From: a bacterium
GTDB taxonomy: Bacteria; Patescibacteriota; Dojkabacteria; JAKAPS01; JAJZLI01
DNA length: 64,000 nt
Assembly (NCBI GenBank): GCA_021810605.1
Contig: JAJZIL010000001.1
Span: forward strand, 604-64,603
Direction: 5' to 3'
Shown here: positions 20,178 to 30,696 of the stretch, piece after piece
How the letters are laid out: each line of letters opens with the position of its first letter
Numbering within the stretch: the stretch's first letter is position 1
Notes under the pieces: model-generated
Told to the model about the DNA's origin: nothing
The model's input: the letters and a program-made list of their open reading frames with translations, nothing else
The model's database searches: none
Program-made: the position numbers and the translations under genes

Positions 20178-21063
20178 CAGATAAAACTGTTTTCATATTA
20201 GATATTAATTTATCTTCAAAATCTTTATCTAATTTTACTCCCATATACATCAAAGATATAATATATGGTTCTATAATAAGATATTTAAACATATTCCAAG
20301 AACTAATACTTTTTCCCTTAAAAAGACTATTAGTTGCATTTTCATATAGACCTATACAAGACTTGTATAATATAGATAAGTCTTTTACAGCTAATTCTTC
20401 TATATTCATATTTCTACGAAAAACAGAAGCCTCCCAATCAACTATTTTAACTTTACCTTTTAAATCAACAACAAAATTTTTTAACTGTGAATCTCCATGA
20501 CATATTTTTAAAGAATGTATTTTTGAAAGAGATTTAGCTATACCTTCAAGCATAGCTTTTGATGTATCATGGTTATTACTTGATTCATCATATAAATCAC
20601 CCCAATTATATCTATCTAAGGATACTACAGAAAAATTTGTTTTTGTAAATAAATAAGCATGATCTTGATACTTTAAAAACATTAAAGGAGGAAATACAGA
20701 TATTCCTAATGAACTAACTTTTCTCATCTTCAAAAGTTCTTTTGCTCCACTTTGATTTTGTGAATAAAATTTAGATGCTACAGGAATTGAATATTCTCCA
20801 TTATGATTTCTATAATATAAGTTTAAAAAAGAAACTTTATGAGCAGAACCTCCAGATAAAACAACTTGGCTTGATCTATCTACTCGTATTTCTTCTAAAT
20901 CTCTAATTCTGTCTAATGAGGGATCAACATATATCCCATCAGGGAGATATATCTTATTTACAGAAGATTCTAGTACTTTGTTAATACTTGAAAATTCACC
21001 AGACTTAAATAATAATAAATCCTCAATAGGACTAGGTTTTGATATATCTTGCTCAAGATTCAT
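20167..21063 (-). CDS. Protein-kinase-like fold enzyme (Kdo/RIO/Bud32-like)
   Basis: Gly loop SGGSAHKV, VASK lysine, AKE helix, ICHGDSQLKNF catalytic loop, KIVDWE. Confidence 0.8.
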   Translation of the reverse strand: MNLEQDISKPSPIEDLLLFKSGEFSSINKVLESSVNKIYLPDGIYVDPSLDRIRDLEEIRVDRSSQVVLSGGSAHKVSFLNLYYRNHNGEYSIPVASKFYSQNQSGAKELLKMRKVSSLGISVFPPLMFLKYQDHAYLFTKTNFSVVSLDRYNWGDLYDESSNNHDTSKAMLEGIAKSLSKIHSLKICHGDSQLKNFVVDLKGKVKIVDWEASVFRRNMNIEELAVKDLSILYKSCIGLYENATNSLFKGKSISSWNMFKYLIIEPYIISLMYMGVKLDKDFEDKLISNMKTVLSVSF

Positions 21064-21607
21064 TTAAATATTTTATATATTGAGATTTAAAAAAACTTTT
21101 TAATTTTTCATGATTATTCTGGGGATCATACTTATCTAAATCATCTAGTAAAAACGAATAATCTTTTATACTAGAGTCACTTTCCTCTAAAGAAAATGTA
21201 GATGGAATAAACTGTAACCACTCCCTCTCTCCAGGACACAAAGCAATAGAAGATAAATCCAATTTATTGAACTTATATCCTTCTTTATTAACTTTTGCAA
21301 ATATTTTTGCTAGTACATCAAAAATTTCATAAGAACCAATATAATTTTCTTCTCTATCTCCTTCAACAAAAGTAAAAATCTTCATAGGAATTGCATTAAT
21401 AGGAACTTCAAATAAATCATCATTTACTCTTCTGAAAACAGGTAAACTTTCAGGATAATCTTCCAATAAAAAATCATATTTAATATATCTATATCTTCTA
21501 CCTTCTTCTATTACAATATAATCTCGACCTTTAACTAAATTATGGAAGGTATGTAAACCATCTGTCTCTACTATTTTTGATTTTGAACGTTCTTCTTCAA
21601 CATCCAT
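21053..21607 (-). CDS. Hypothetical acidic protein, possible degenerate kinase fold
   Basis: 184-aa ORF overlapping the kinase start by 11 nt; LAKIFAKVNKEGYKFNKLDLSSIAL. Confidence 0.65.
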   Translation of the reverse strand: MDVEEERSKSKIVETDGLHTFHNLVKGRDYIVIEEGRRYRYIKYDFLLEDYPESLPVFRRVNDDLFEVPINAIPMKIFTFVEGDREENYIGSYEIFDVLAKIFAKVNKEGYKFNKLDLSSIALCPGEREWLQFIPSTFSLEESDSSIKDYSFLLDDLDKYDPQNNHEKLKSFFKSQYIKYLNES

Positions 21608-21690
21608 TAATACATAGATTAATATTATAAGATGTGTATTATACTCTTTAAATATTATTATTTCAATAGAATATTATATATAATATACAT

Positions 21691-22794
21691 ATGAAAAAGA
21701 TTTTATTTGTATATGATGTCATATACCCATATCAATTAGGTGGTGCTGAAAAAAGAATACATTCTATATCAAAATATATAAAGAAAGATTTTGATGTAAG
21801 TATTATAGGTATGAGGAAAAATGGAATGGTAGATCATTTTGATAAAAATAAAATACATTACTATACACTTACAAAATATAGTAATTTATATGACTCAAAA
21901 GGAAAAAGAAAGATTTATTTAAGTATAAGATTTGCAATTGATCTATATTTTTTCCTTTTAAAAAATAACTTCGATATAATCGATGCTACAGCAAATCCAT
22001 ATTTCCATATATTTGCAATAAAATTAGCACTCATCAATAAAAGAAACTCAAAATTCTTTGTAACCTGGCATGAATACTGGGATAAAAAATATTGGATACA
22101 ATACTCTTCCCCAATTGTAGGAAGAATCGGTTTTATAATTCAAAATCTAGCATTAAAATTTTCAGAAAATATCATCTCTGGAAGTAATTTTACAAAAAAA
22201 AAATTAGAAAAAAAAACAAAAAAGAATATTCAACTAATTTCAAATGGAATTGAAGATATAAAAATAAATAAAAGTAAAAAAATTTATGATATTGTTTATA
22301 CAGGAAGAATAATTGATTTTAAAAATATTGATAAAATATTAAAACTTTTGAATATTTCCCCAAATCTAAATATATTAATTATAGGAGATGGCCCAGAATT
22401 AAAAAAATATAAAGAAGAATATAACAATAAAAATATAACATATACAGGATTTCTAAAAAAAGATATTGAAGTATATAGATATTTATCTCAATCTAAAATA
22501 TTCATGATACTTTCTGAAAGAGAAGGATTCTCAATATCAACCATAGAAGCAATGAATATTGGACTTCCTGTTATATGTTATAAAGGAGAGAATAATGCTG
22601 CAAAAGAGCTTATTGATAATAATAAAAATGGTATATTAGTAAATCTTAATTTAGAAGATATAAATAAATCTATTATTGATATAAATAATAACTATAAATT
22701 TTATTCCCAAAATGCAAAAAAAACTTCAAATAAATATTTATATTCAAATATTAGTAAAGACTATATTGATTTTATAAATACTAATTCAAAATAA
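21691..22794 (+). CDS. GT4 glycosyltransferase
   Basis: GGAEKR, TWHE, YTGRI..KNID, SEREGFSISTIEAM. Confidence 0.92.
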   Translation: MKKILFVYDVIYPYQLGGAEKRIHSISKYIKKDFDVSIIGMRKNGMVDHFDKNKIHYYTLTKYSNLYDSKGKRKIYLSIRFAIDLYFFLLKNNFDIIDATANPYFHIFAIKLALINKRNSKFFVTWHEYWDKKYWIQYSSPIVGRIGFIIQNLALKFSENIISGSNFTKKKLEKKTKKNIQLISNGIEDIKINKSKKIYDIVYTGRIIDFKNIDKILKLLNISPNLNILIIGDGPELKKYKEEYNNKNITYTGFLKKDIEVYRYLSQSKIFMILSEREGFSISTIEAMNIGLPVICYKGENNAAKELIDNNKNGILVNLNLEDINKSIIDINNNYKFYSQNAKKTSNKYLYSNISKDYIDFINTNSK

Positions 22795-22944
22795 ATGAAT
22801 AAAAGATATTATCCCTAATATAAAAATAAAGATAATAAATAATACTATCAAAAAACAAGAAAAGCACCCTAAAAACCCATATGAAGAATATATTTTTTTA
22901 GTATTACCTATTGTATATACCTGTACATTCTGACTATTTATCAT
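22786..22944 (-). CDS. Small single-TM protein (52 aa), not in the ORF track
   Basis: Manual translation MINSQNVQVYTIGNTKKIYSSYGFLGCFSCFLIVLFIIFIFILGIISFIHLF*; TATAAT at 22971-22966. Confidence 0.55.
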   Translation of the reverse strand: MINSQNVQVYTIGNTKKIYSSYGFLGCFSCFLIVLFIIFIFILGIISFIHLF

Positions 22945-23152
22945 GATATATCAAGACAATAATCTATTATACTATAAAATTCTTTTAATTTTAGGAATAT
23001 ATATAAATATCAATAACTTCCATATTCAAAAGTTCAACCTGAATTATAATAGTAACATTAAATATTTATAAAGAAATTTTATCTAATTATTAATATTTTC
23101 TATACTGTAGATCTTATTTATAAAAAATAATATATGTTTTATAATCAAGAGA

Positions 23153-24067
23153 ATGGAAAATCAGGCAAAATATAAAAAGTTTATAGAGAGAATAAATTCA
23201 AATTGGGCTAATTTCACAGAAAAAAGAAAATCTCTTCTCATACAACAAGAAAGATTTGGAAAAGTTCCTGAGAAAATTACAGAAAATATTATATTTCATC
23301 TATTTACAGAAGTACTAGATTGGAACATTAAAGATATTAACTATCAGATAGATTATGCTGATATAGAAATAACAAAATTAGGTATAAAAAGAATATTAAT
23401 AGAAACAAAAAGACCTGGAGGAATAATATGGGATCAGTTCAAAATAGAAAAACATATTAATCAAGCACTCAGATATGCATATGCACAAAAAGTATCAGTT
23501 ATAGGTATATCTGATGGAGAGAAGCTATATATTCTAAATGTTAAAGGAGGGTTAATTGAACCTCGCATATTTATATCTCTAGACACAGAGACTCCTAATG
23601 AAGATTTATATTATATAAGTGTAAATGGAATAGATAAAAAGAAAAATATAGATATAGATTTAAAAAATAATCAAAAAGAAAGTCTCATAAAAGATACAGA
23701 AAAAGTTATTAATAATGAGCTTCTAAATACTCAATATAATCTCCCAGCACGTTGTTTTGCATACATAGGAAATCCTAATAAACCTACAACATGGAAACTT
23801 CCTTATTTATTGGAAGATGGATCAGTAAATATTAAAAGATTACCTGGAGCAGTACAATGTGTAGTTACAAATTTTAGAGGTCTACAAGTAAAAACTATAC
23901 CCGAGAAGGATATTCCTTCAGTTTTATTGAAATTAGGAAAAGCAGCAAAAAGTGTTGGGAAATTAGATCCAGAAAATCCGAAAATGGCAAATTGCTACAA
24001 ACAATTGTATAATGCTGTAGTTCAACTAGGATATTTAAAATATGAAGAAAATAGCAATATATCATAA
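23153..24067 (+). CDS. HsdR-N-like PD-(D/E)XK nuclease fused to an uncharacterised C-terminal domain
   Basis: E..T.ENII..LF..VLDW, YADIEI...LIETKRP, QALRYA, ISDG; C-terminal LPARCFAYIGNPNKPTTWKLPY. Confidence 0.75.
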   Translation: MENQAKYKKFIERINSNWANFTEKRKSLLIQQERFGKVPEKITENIIFHLFTEVLDWNIKDINYQIDYADIEITKLGIKRILIETKRPGGIIWDQFKIEKHINQALRYAYAQKVSVIGISDGEKLYILNVKGGLIEPRIFISLDTETPNEDLYYISVNGIDKKKNIDIDLKNNQKESLIKDTEKVINNELLNTQYNLPARCFAYIGNPNKPTTWKLPYLLEDGSVNIKRLPGAVQCVVTNFRGLQVKTIPEKDIPSVLLKLGKAAKSVGKLDPENPKMANCYKQLYNAVVQLGYLKYEENSNIS

Positions 24068-25184
24068 TTTACCTTCTGGTGGGGCAAAAAGAGCTTTATA
24101 TGAGTATGTGAAGAAATTACATAAAGATTATTATATTGATCTATATACATTATCAACTACTAATGAAGATTTTCTTCCATTAAAATCATTTGTAAATAAT
24201 ATTTTTATATATAAATATAGACACTCTGATGGAATAAAAAGTAGTATTTCAATATTAACAAAATTAAAATTTGTAAATAAAAAAATAGCAAAAAATATTG
24301 ATAGTAACTCATATGAATTTGTATATGTAAATCACTGTCAGTATACTCAATCTCCATATATACTCAGATATCTTAAAACAAAAACTGTATACTATATACA
24401 AGAACCTTTAAGATTAGCTTATGAATTTAATATAAAATATTATCAATATGCAATACTAAAAAAACTTCTCACATATTCAGCTATTAAAGTATTAAAAAAT
24501 ATTGACTTAAAAAATGCAAGGAGTGCAGATAAAGTATTATCTAATTCTTATTATTCATATGAAAGTATTTATAAGGCATATGGGATTGTTAGTAATATAT
24601 GTTATCTAGGAGTAGATACATCACTGTTTAAATTTCTAAATCTAAACCAAAAAAATCAGATAATAATGGTTGGTGCATTATCTCAAGAAAAAGGGCAATT
24701 GTATGTACTAGAAAGTCTTTCATTATTAAAAAAAGAAGAGAGACCATTAATGATAATGGTCGCTAATAGACATAATAAACAATATTATTACGAAATTATA
24801 AAAATTGCAAAAGAATTAGATATAAAAATTAAAATATTAAAAAATATCCCTGATAAAAAGCTTGTAGAATTGTATAATGAATCTATTGCAACAATATGTT
24901 TTGCAAAAGTAGAACCTTTGGGATTAACAGTATTAGAATCTTTTGCATGTGGAACCCCTGTTATTGCTGTAAAGGAAGGAGGCTATAGAGAAACGGTCTT
25001 AAACAATAAAAATGGATACTTAGTAAATAGAAACAGAAAAGAGTTATCTATAGTAATACGAAAATTAGCTAATAATCCTTCACAAAGAAAAAAATTTAGT
25101 AATTATTCAATAGAATATATTAAAAAATATTGGACATGGGATAAAAGCTTTAAAAATTTTAAAAAACTTATTAATGAAAAATAA
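24042..25184 (+). CDS. GT4 glycosyltransferase
   Basis: HNLPSGGAKR, EPLGLTVLESFACGTPVIAVKEGG. Confidence 0.92.
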   Translation: MKKIAIYHNLPSGGAKRALYEYVKKLHKDYYIDLYTLSTTNEDFLPLKSFVNNIFIYKYRHSDGIKSSISILTKLKFVNKKIAKNIDSNSYEFVYVNHCQYTQSPYILRYLKTKTVYYIQEPLRLAYEFNIKYYQYAILKKLLTYSAIKVLKNIDLKNARSADKVLSNSYYSYESIYKAYGIVSNICYLGVDTSLFKFLNLNQKNQIIMVGALSQEKGQLYVLESLSLLKKEERPLMIMVANRHNKQYYYEIIKIAKELDIKIKILKNIPDKKLVELYNESIATICFAKVEPLGLTVLESFACGTPVIAVKEGGYRETVLNNKNGYLVNRNRKELSIVIRKLANNPSQRKKFSNYSIEYIKKYWTWDKSFKNFKKLINEK

Positions 25185-25191
25185 ATATTCT

Positions 25192-26184
25192 TTATTTTTT
25201 TAAAATCCACTTAATAGGAAATATAGATTTTTCAAAATATTTTAATAGATTTTTATTTTTTACTTTAGAATTTTTCAATATAAATATTCTTTTTTTATAG
25301 ATAAGAGGGATCATCGAAAAAAATCCAATATATGATTTCATTAAAATTCCTAATTTCCACCTTTTTGTATATAAAATACTTAATCCAAATTGCATAATTA
25401 CTATTGGAATAAAATATTTAAACAAAAGATATGTTGGATAATTTTTATATATTGTTAATAAAACATTTCTTGAATGATAGTATCTCGCGAAATCACTTTC
25501 TTCTCCAGCAGTAGTTCCTCTTTTATGGTAAATTATAGATTTTATTTCAAATTTTGGTATATATCCTTTATGTATCAATCTAAATCCTATATCTAGATCT
25601 TCTGAGTACATAAAAAAATCTTCATCAAAATATTCATTATTACAAGAGATATTTTTTAAAGCTTCTGCTCTATACAAAGAACATACCCCTTCAGAACTAA
25701 ATAAATTTTCTTTAAAAATTTTATTTTTTTCCTTATTAAGATTGAGTATTAATGCTATTCCAGATTTATAATAATATATTCCACAACTATCTATTACATT
25801 TCTATTTTTATATTGTAATACTTGTGGCATTATTGATCCTATTTTTTCATTCTTTTCAGCACTATCTACTAGATATTCTAAAAAGCTTCTATCTACTACA
25901 GTATCATTGTTCAATAACAGTACATATTTAGATGTATTTTCCTTTATAATTTCTCTAATAGCAAGATTATTTCCACCTGAAAATCCTAAATTTTTATCAC
26001 TCTGAATTAAATGAATATACTTTCTAAATTTCTTTTTTAATCTCTCTCCTTCATTATTTTTTGAGGCATTATCCACTACAAAAACATCATAATTAGGGTA
26101 TTTTATTTTTTTTAGAGAGTCCAAACATTCGATAGTATCTTCAATACCATTATAATTGATTGTTATTATTGATACTTTAGGCAT
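25192..26184 (-). CDS. GT2 glycosyltransferase
   Basis: VSIITINYNG, NLGFSGGNN, LLNNDT, FDEDFFMYSEDLD. Confidence 0.92.
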   Translation of the reverse strand: MPKVSIITINYNGIEDTIECLDSLKKIKYPNYDVFVVDNASKNNEGERLKKKFRKYIHLIQSDKNLGFSGGNNLAIREIIKENTSKYVLLLNNDTVVDRSFLEYLVDSAEKNEKIGSIMPQVLQYKNRNVIDSCGIYYYKSGIALILNLNKEKNKIFKENLFSSEGVCSLYRAEALKNISCNNEYFDEDFFMYSEDLDIGFRLIHKGYIPKFEIKSIIYHKRGTTAGEESDFARYYHSRNVLLTIYKNYPTYLLFKYFIPIVIMQFGLSILYTKRWKLGILMKSYIGFFSMIPLIYKKRIFILKNSKVKNKNLLKYFEKSIFPIKWILKK

Positions 26185-27217
26185 GATTTTTATTTAAATT
26201 ATAATACTTTTCAAATGATTCTATAAATTTACCTTTTGTATCAGGATATTCTATTAAATCTCCATTTTTTAATACCTCTTTGTGTGAACATAGATTAAAT
26301 GCTATTGAAGGTTTTCCACAGAACTCAGCTTCAACTATAGGTAAATCAAATCCTTCCCATATACTACACGTTGCATAAAGATTACTCCCTTTATAATAAT
26401 TTGGCAAATCATCATCTTTTATAAACCCAGTAAATATAACATTTTTATTTGCAAGTTTCTGTAATTTTTTAAAATATTCTTGAAATGTTGGTTTTCCAAC
26501 TATTATTAAATATGAGTTTATATATTTTTTATTAAAATTTTTAAAATATTTTATTAATAAATCTACTTTCTTATGAGGAGAGATTCTTCCTACATATAGT
26601 ATAATAAAACTATCTTTTGGTAAGTTGTATTTTTTTCTTATATCTAAATTAGAAGGTTTTTTATTATATCTATCCTTATCTATTTTATCATATATAATTT
26701 TACTACTTCTCCCTGTTTCTTTCTTCAGAATATTTCCTAAATATTTAGAAATTGATATTACTTCATCTGTATTTCCAATACTTATATTATTTAGTATTTT
26801 TATTACTTTTATATATATCTTTTCATAAAATTTTGAGAATGTAATAGTATCTGCAACTCCATGGTTATAATAAATATATTTTAAATTAGGATTTCTCTTT
26901 TTTGCAAAATAAGCAATAACATTCATTGGATAAAAATGACTATATACAATATCATAAGATGATATAATTTTTGAATACTTAGAAATTGTAAAAATATCTA
27001 GAAAAAATAAAAGTCTATATATTCTTTCAAATAAAAGATTCTTAAAAATTTTTATTTCATATATCTTTATCTGTGTATCTTCTAATTTTATATCTCCATA
27101 TAAACAATAGATATTTACATCACTACCTTTTTTACTTAATTCTAAAGCTTGAGTCTCTACAACTCTATCAATTCCACTAAATTTAGAAAAAGTTGGAGTT
27201 AATATTGCTATTTTCAT
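26177..27217 (-). CDS. GT4 glycosyltransferase
   Basis: SGIDRV, YVGRISPHK, WEGFDLPIVEA. Confidence 0.92.
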   Translation of the reverse strand: MKIAILTPTFSKFSGIDRVVETQALELSKKGSDVNIYCLYGDIKLEDTQIKIYEIKIFKNLLFERIYRLLFFLDIFTISKYSKIISSYDIVYSHFYPMNVIAYFAKKRNPNLKYIYYNHGVADTITFSKFYEKIYIKVIKILNNISIGNTDEVISISKYLGNILKKETGRSSKIIYDKIDKDRYNKKPSNLDIRKKYNLPKDSFIILYVGRISPHKKVDLLIKYFKNFNKKYINSYLIIVGKPTFQEYFKKLQKLANKNVIFTGFIKDDDLPNYYKGSNLYATCSIWEGFDLPIVEAEFCGKPSIAFNLCSHKEVLKNGDLIEYPDTKGKFIESFEKYYNLNKNHA

Positions 27218-27285
27218 ATAATAATTATTATATCATTATATTGACTCTAGGTGTCAAAGGAATTATATTAATATTTTATATAGAA

Positions 27286-29832
27286 TTATATATTCCATGA
27301 TATAAACCATTTTATTAAATTCTTCTTATTAAAAGTTAGAGAGTTATCTTCTTTTAATATTTTTTCTGCTAAATTATTTAAAATTTCCTTATCAAAAATT
27401 TCATTATTTTTTAAATTATTTTCTAAATAATTATCCTTCTTTAAAAATTCTATTAGTTTAATTAAACTTTTTTTATCTATAACAAATTTATGTATATATT
27501 TTTTTATATAAATTGAGTTATTTTCTTTCTCTTTTATATCTATAGTAGTAGAATTACCTAACCATAAATATAATGCATAAAAGAAATCTTTAGAATTGTT
27601 ATTTTTAAATGCATTATATTTAGTCTTATCAATAAATGTATTTACTATTTTATTTATTTCTATTCTCATTTCTGGTTTATATAAAAATTGACCACCATTA
27701 TATAAATTAAGGTTATTATATAAAGAAACCATAAAGTAAAAATTATCCTTATTTATAATAGAATAAATATTTTTAAATATATTTATAATTTCATTTTCAC
27801 TAAACATATTTAAAAGATTCTTAATAAAAAATATATATATATTATTATCTTTAGCACTCTCCTGTAATTTCAAAATATTATTACAAATCATTTTGATTAG
27901 ATTTACAGATCCTTCCTTAGTTAACCCCCATTCTGGTATCGCCAACTTATCCATAAAAAGACTTCTATCTTGAAATTTTAGAAAAATATTAAAAATATCT
28001 TTTTCATCACCATTATTTATTAATTCTATATTATATCTAATTTCTCTATTATGTATATCTTTTTTACTTATCTTCATAGTGAAATATCTGTAAAGACTAT
28101 CTTCACTACAGATTCTAGAATTAATACTATCTTTATCTGTATTCTCACTATTAAAAGGAATCAAACCTATATAAATATTAGAATATTCTTTATTTATTAA
28201 AGCTCTATTTTTATCTGCTAAATCGTATATATTCGGGAATAAAAGACAAATTATAGAGAATACATATTCCTTATATTTAATATCAATACTTTCTAATAAA
28301 TGATTTAAATGATCTAATGTTGTTCTCTCAATAAGAGACTTATCTATACCAATAACAGAATAAAGACCTTTTTTATCAATATTTATATAAATATTAGAAT
28401 TCAAATATATATCATCATAAATAGTAAGAAAGAAAGTTTTAAGTATTTCAAGTATAAGGAAATCTGTTAAATAAATATCTTTATTATTAATTCTATTGTC
28501 ATTCTTTTTAGATATTCCAGAAATATCGAAATTCACAAGATTAATATATTTTTTAACTTTCCTCAAATCAGTAAAATAAGATCCAAAATAATTAAAATAT
28601 GCAAAAGAATAATCATCTATTTTCTCATCAAAATATTCATATATTTTTATTAAATTTTTTTCTATATAATCTAATATATATTCAGGAAGAAATTTTGGGA
28701 CAGATTGATCAAATTGAATAAATTTTTCAAGATATAAGGAATCTTTAACTATATCTTGTATTTTTTTATTTACAACATCTTTGTCAAAAGAAAGTATGAA
28801 TAATAATTTTTTAAAATTACTTACAGAGTTTACTAATTTAAAAACATACAGGATATCTTCAGGAGATAATCTATCTATATTATCAATAATAATAATTATC
28901 TTTTGATCTGTTTGTTTAATAATATCACTAATGCTATTTTTTACATTTTGAAAACTTAGATTATTCAATGAAATTTTAATGAAACCAAAAATATTCAATC
29001 CGAGTGAAGATAATGTAGTATATTTAGACAATAATGATTTTAAATTTCTTATAAAATATTTTTCATTAAGAGTAACCTCTATTTCATTATACAGACCATT
29101 TAATATTGCAGTTTTATTCTCATAATTCCATGGATTAAAATCTATAACACTAATATTTTTTTCTTTTTTTTCATTAATTTTCTCTTTTAATAGATTTAGA
29201 ATAGAAGTCTTTCCAGAACCCCATTCTCCATATAAACCGAAAACAAAACTTTCTTCAAATTTAATATTCTTAATTTTATTAAAAATATCCTCAACAAAAT
29301 TTTCTCTTTCAAAAATATCTTTTTTCTTACTCTTAATTGGGTCATCTGATTTAAAGTCAAATAGATTTTCTCTTCTATTTTTATCTTTTTTCTTTTTCCC
29401 CATAATAAGAGGAACCATAAGTCTTATTATAAGTACATATAAAATAATAATATTCTTCTTATATAAAATATATAACAGAATTAATAAACCTCCTCCTAAA
29501 ACATAATCCAACCAATTTATTGGGAAAAAATGTATTATTGATTCCAAATATTTTTTAAAGAAACGCTTAATGCTTATAAAATTATGAATAATAAATAGTA
29601 TGCAACCAAAAATAAAAATTATTATATAAATGTAATATGGGAAAGTAAAAATATATTGATGTATAACTTTACATAACCAATTATAATAAACTTTTCCAAA
29701 CCTATTAGAAATAAATTCAATAATATAAAATAAAAGTACTAAATATATTAAATATACTGTAGAAATATATACGATAAGTTTAATTATATCTTCTTTAAAA
29801 TCCAAATTATTTATAATTCTCCTAATTTTCAT
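27286..29832 (-). CDS. KAP-family P-loop NTPase with N-terminal TM segments
   Basis: DDPI...DIFER..F, GLYGEWGSGKTS, FNPW, Walker B IIIDNIDRL, YLEKFIQ. Confidence 0.88.
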   Translation of the reverse strand: MKIRRIINNLDFKEDIIKLIVYISTVYLIYLVLLFYIIEFISNRFGKVYYNWLCKVIHQYIFTFPYYIYIIIFIFGCILFIIHNFISIKRFFKKYLESIIHFFPINWLDYVLGGGLLILLYILYKKNIIILYVLIIRLMVPLIMGKKKKDKNRRENLFDFKSDDPIKSKKKDIFERENFVEDIFNKIKNIKFEESFVFGLYGEWGSGKTSILNLLKEKINEKKEKNISVIDFNPWNYENKTAILNGLYNEIEVTLNEKYFIRNLKSLLSKYTTLSSLGLNIFGFIKISLNNLSFQNVKNSISDIIKQTDQKIIIIIDNIDRLSPEDILYVFKLVNSVSNFKKLLFILSFDKDVVNKKIQDIVKDSLYLEKFIQFDQSVPKFLPEYILDYIEKNLIKIYEYFDEKIDDYSFAYFNYFGSYFTDLRKVKKYINLVNFDISGISKKNDNRINNKDIYLTDFLILEILKTFFLTIYDDIYLNSNIYINIDKKGLYSVIGIDKSLIERTTLDHLNHLLESIDIKYKEYVFSIICLLFPNIYDLADKNRALINKEYSNIYIGLIPFNSENTDKDSINSRICSEDSLYRYFTMKISKKDIHNREIRYNIELINNGDEKDIFNIFLKFQDRSLFMDKLAIPEWGLTKEGSVNLIKMICNNILKLQESAKDNNIYIFFIKNLLNMFSENEIINIFKNIYSIINKDNFYFMVSLYNNLNLYNGGQFLYKPEMRIEINKIVNTFIDKTKYNAFKNNNSKDFFYALYLWLGNSTTIDIKEKENNSIYIKKYIHKFVIDKKSLIKLIEFLKKDNYLENNLKNNEIFDKEILNNLAEKILKEDNSLTFNKKNLIKWFISWNI

Positions 29833-29837
29833 ATCTA

Positions 29838-30427
29838 TTAAAATATCCCCTCTAACTTATAATCTAATGTCAGAAATTTATCTGCTATATCTATTAAATA
29901 TGGTGAAATCATTTGTTTTGAATCTAAAGCTGTAAGATAAACATTTCCTCCTTGTTCTTCAATTGCTTCAAATAGGGGGATATAATCTCTATCATTTACC
30001 AGGAATACTGTATTTTGGATTCTATTATTTACTATAGATAATAATGCATCATAGAATAATTTAATATATAATCCTTTTTCTCTTTTTTGAAAATAATACC
30101 TATATTTAGAGTCTAGTTTTTCAAGTTCTGAACCAGGAAACCCTTTCTTAATATTAATCCTATACTCTAGAATTTCCCAATAATCTTTATATCTCGAGGT
30201 TCTAGAGTCTAATATATTAATCATAAGATGGATCCTATCATCTCCTTTTTAAAGTAGAAATTTGCCCTTATAGATTGATAAATATTCTCCAGCCAAATCT
30301 CAAATAAAGCATTAATTAATTTTGTTATATCTATTTTTTTATTCTTTAACTGTAGTCTTAATTTATAAAGATCATTAATACTTGCACATAAGTGAGGCTC
30401 ATCAATCATTATATATCCTGTATCCAT
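29838..30427 (-). pseudogene. Frameshifted NYN/LabA-family (PIN-like) nuclease
   Basis: ORF 30221..30427 has YIMID..HL; ORF 29838..30224 has REKGLYIKL, NDRDYIP, GGNVYL, LIDIADKF. Adding one A in TTTAAAAAGGAG (about 30246-30250) joins the two frames. Confidence 0.7.
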
Positions 30428-30434
30428 ATTTTGA

Positions 30435-30609
30435 TTATATTATATAGCTAAAAAAACTGGAACATATAAATATGACTACTCTAATGTAGGAAAAGTACAT
30501 GTAGAAGCCATGCAAAAATTAGCCCAACAAGGATCTGGATTAAATACCTATATCAATGACTATTTAAATGACTATTTAAAAGATAAAAAGGTTTTTCGAA
30601 TAAATTAGC
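30435..30609 (+). pseudogene. Probable 3' gene remnant with no upstream start codon
   Basis: Open frame YIAKKTGTYKYDYSNVGKVHVEAMQKLAQQGSGLNTYINDYLNDYLKDKKVFRIN*, containing a 12-bp tandem duplication at 30555-30578. Confidence 0.35.
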
Positions 30610-30696
30610 ACATAACCAAAACATATATTCAAAGAATAAAAATTCATTTCATATATTTACATATAAATAACTAATTCTCAATTTTATAGATATTTA

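Noticed and set aside
30240-30256. Programmed -1 frameshift in the NYN gene
   Set aside because: TTT AAA AAG is not the canonical A AAA AAG heptamer, and a catalytic Asp also appears lost, so decay is more likely.
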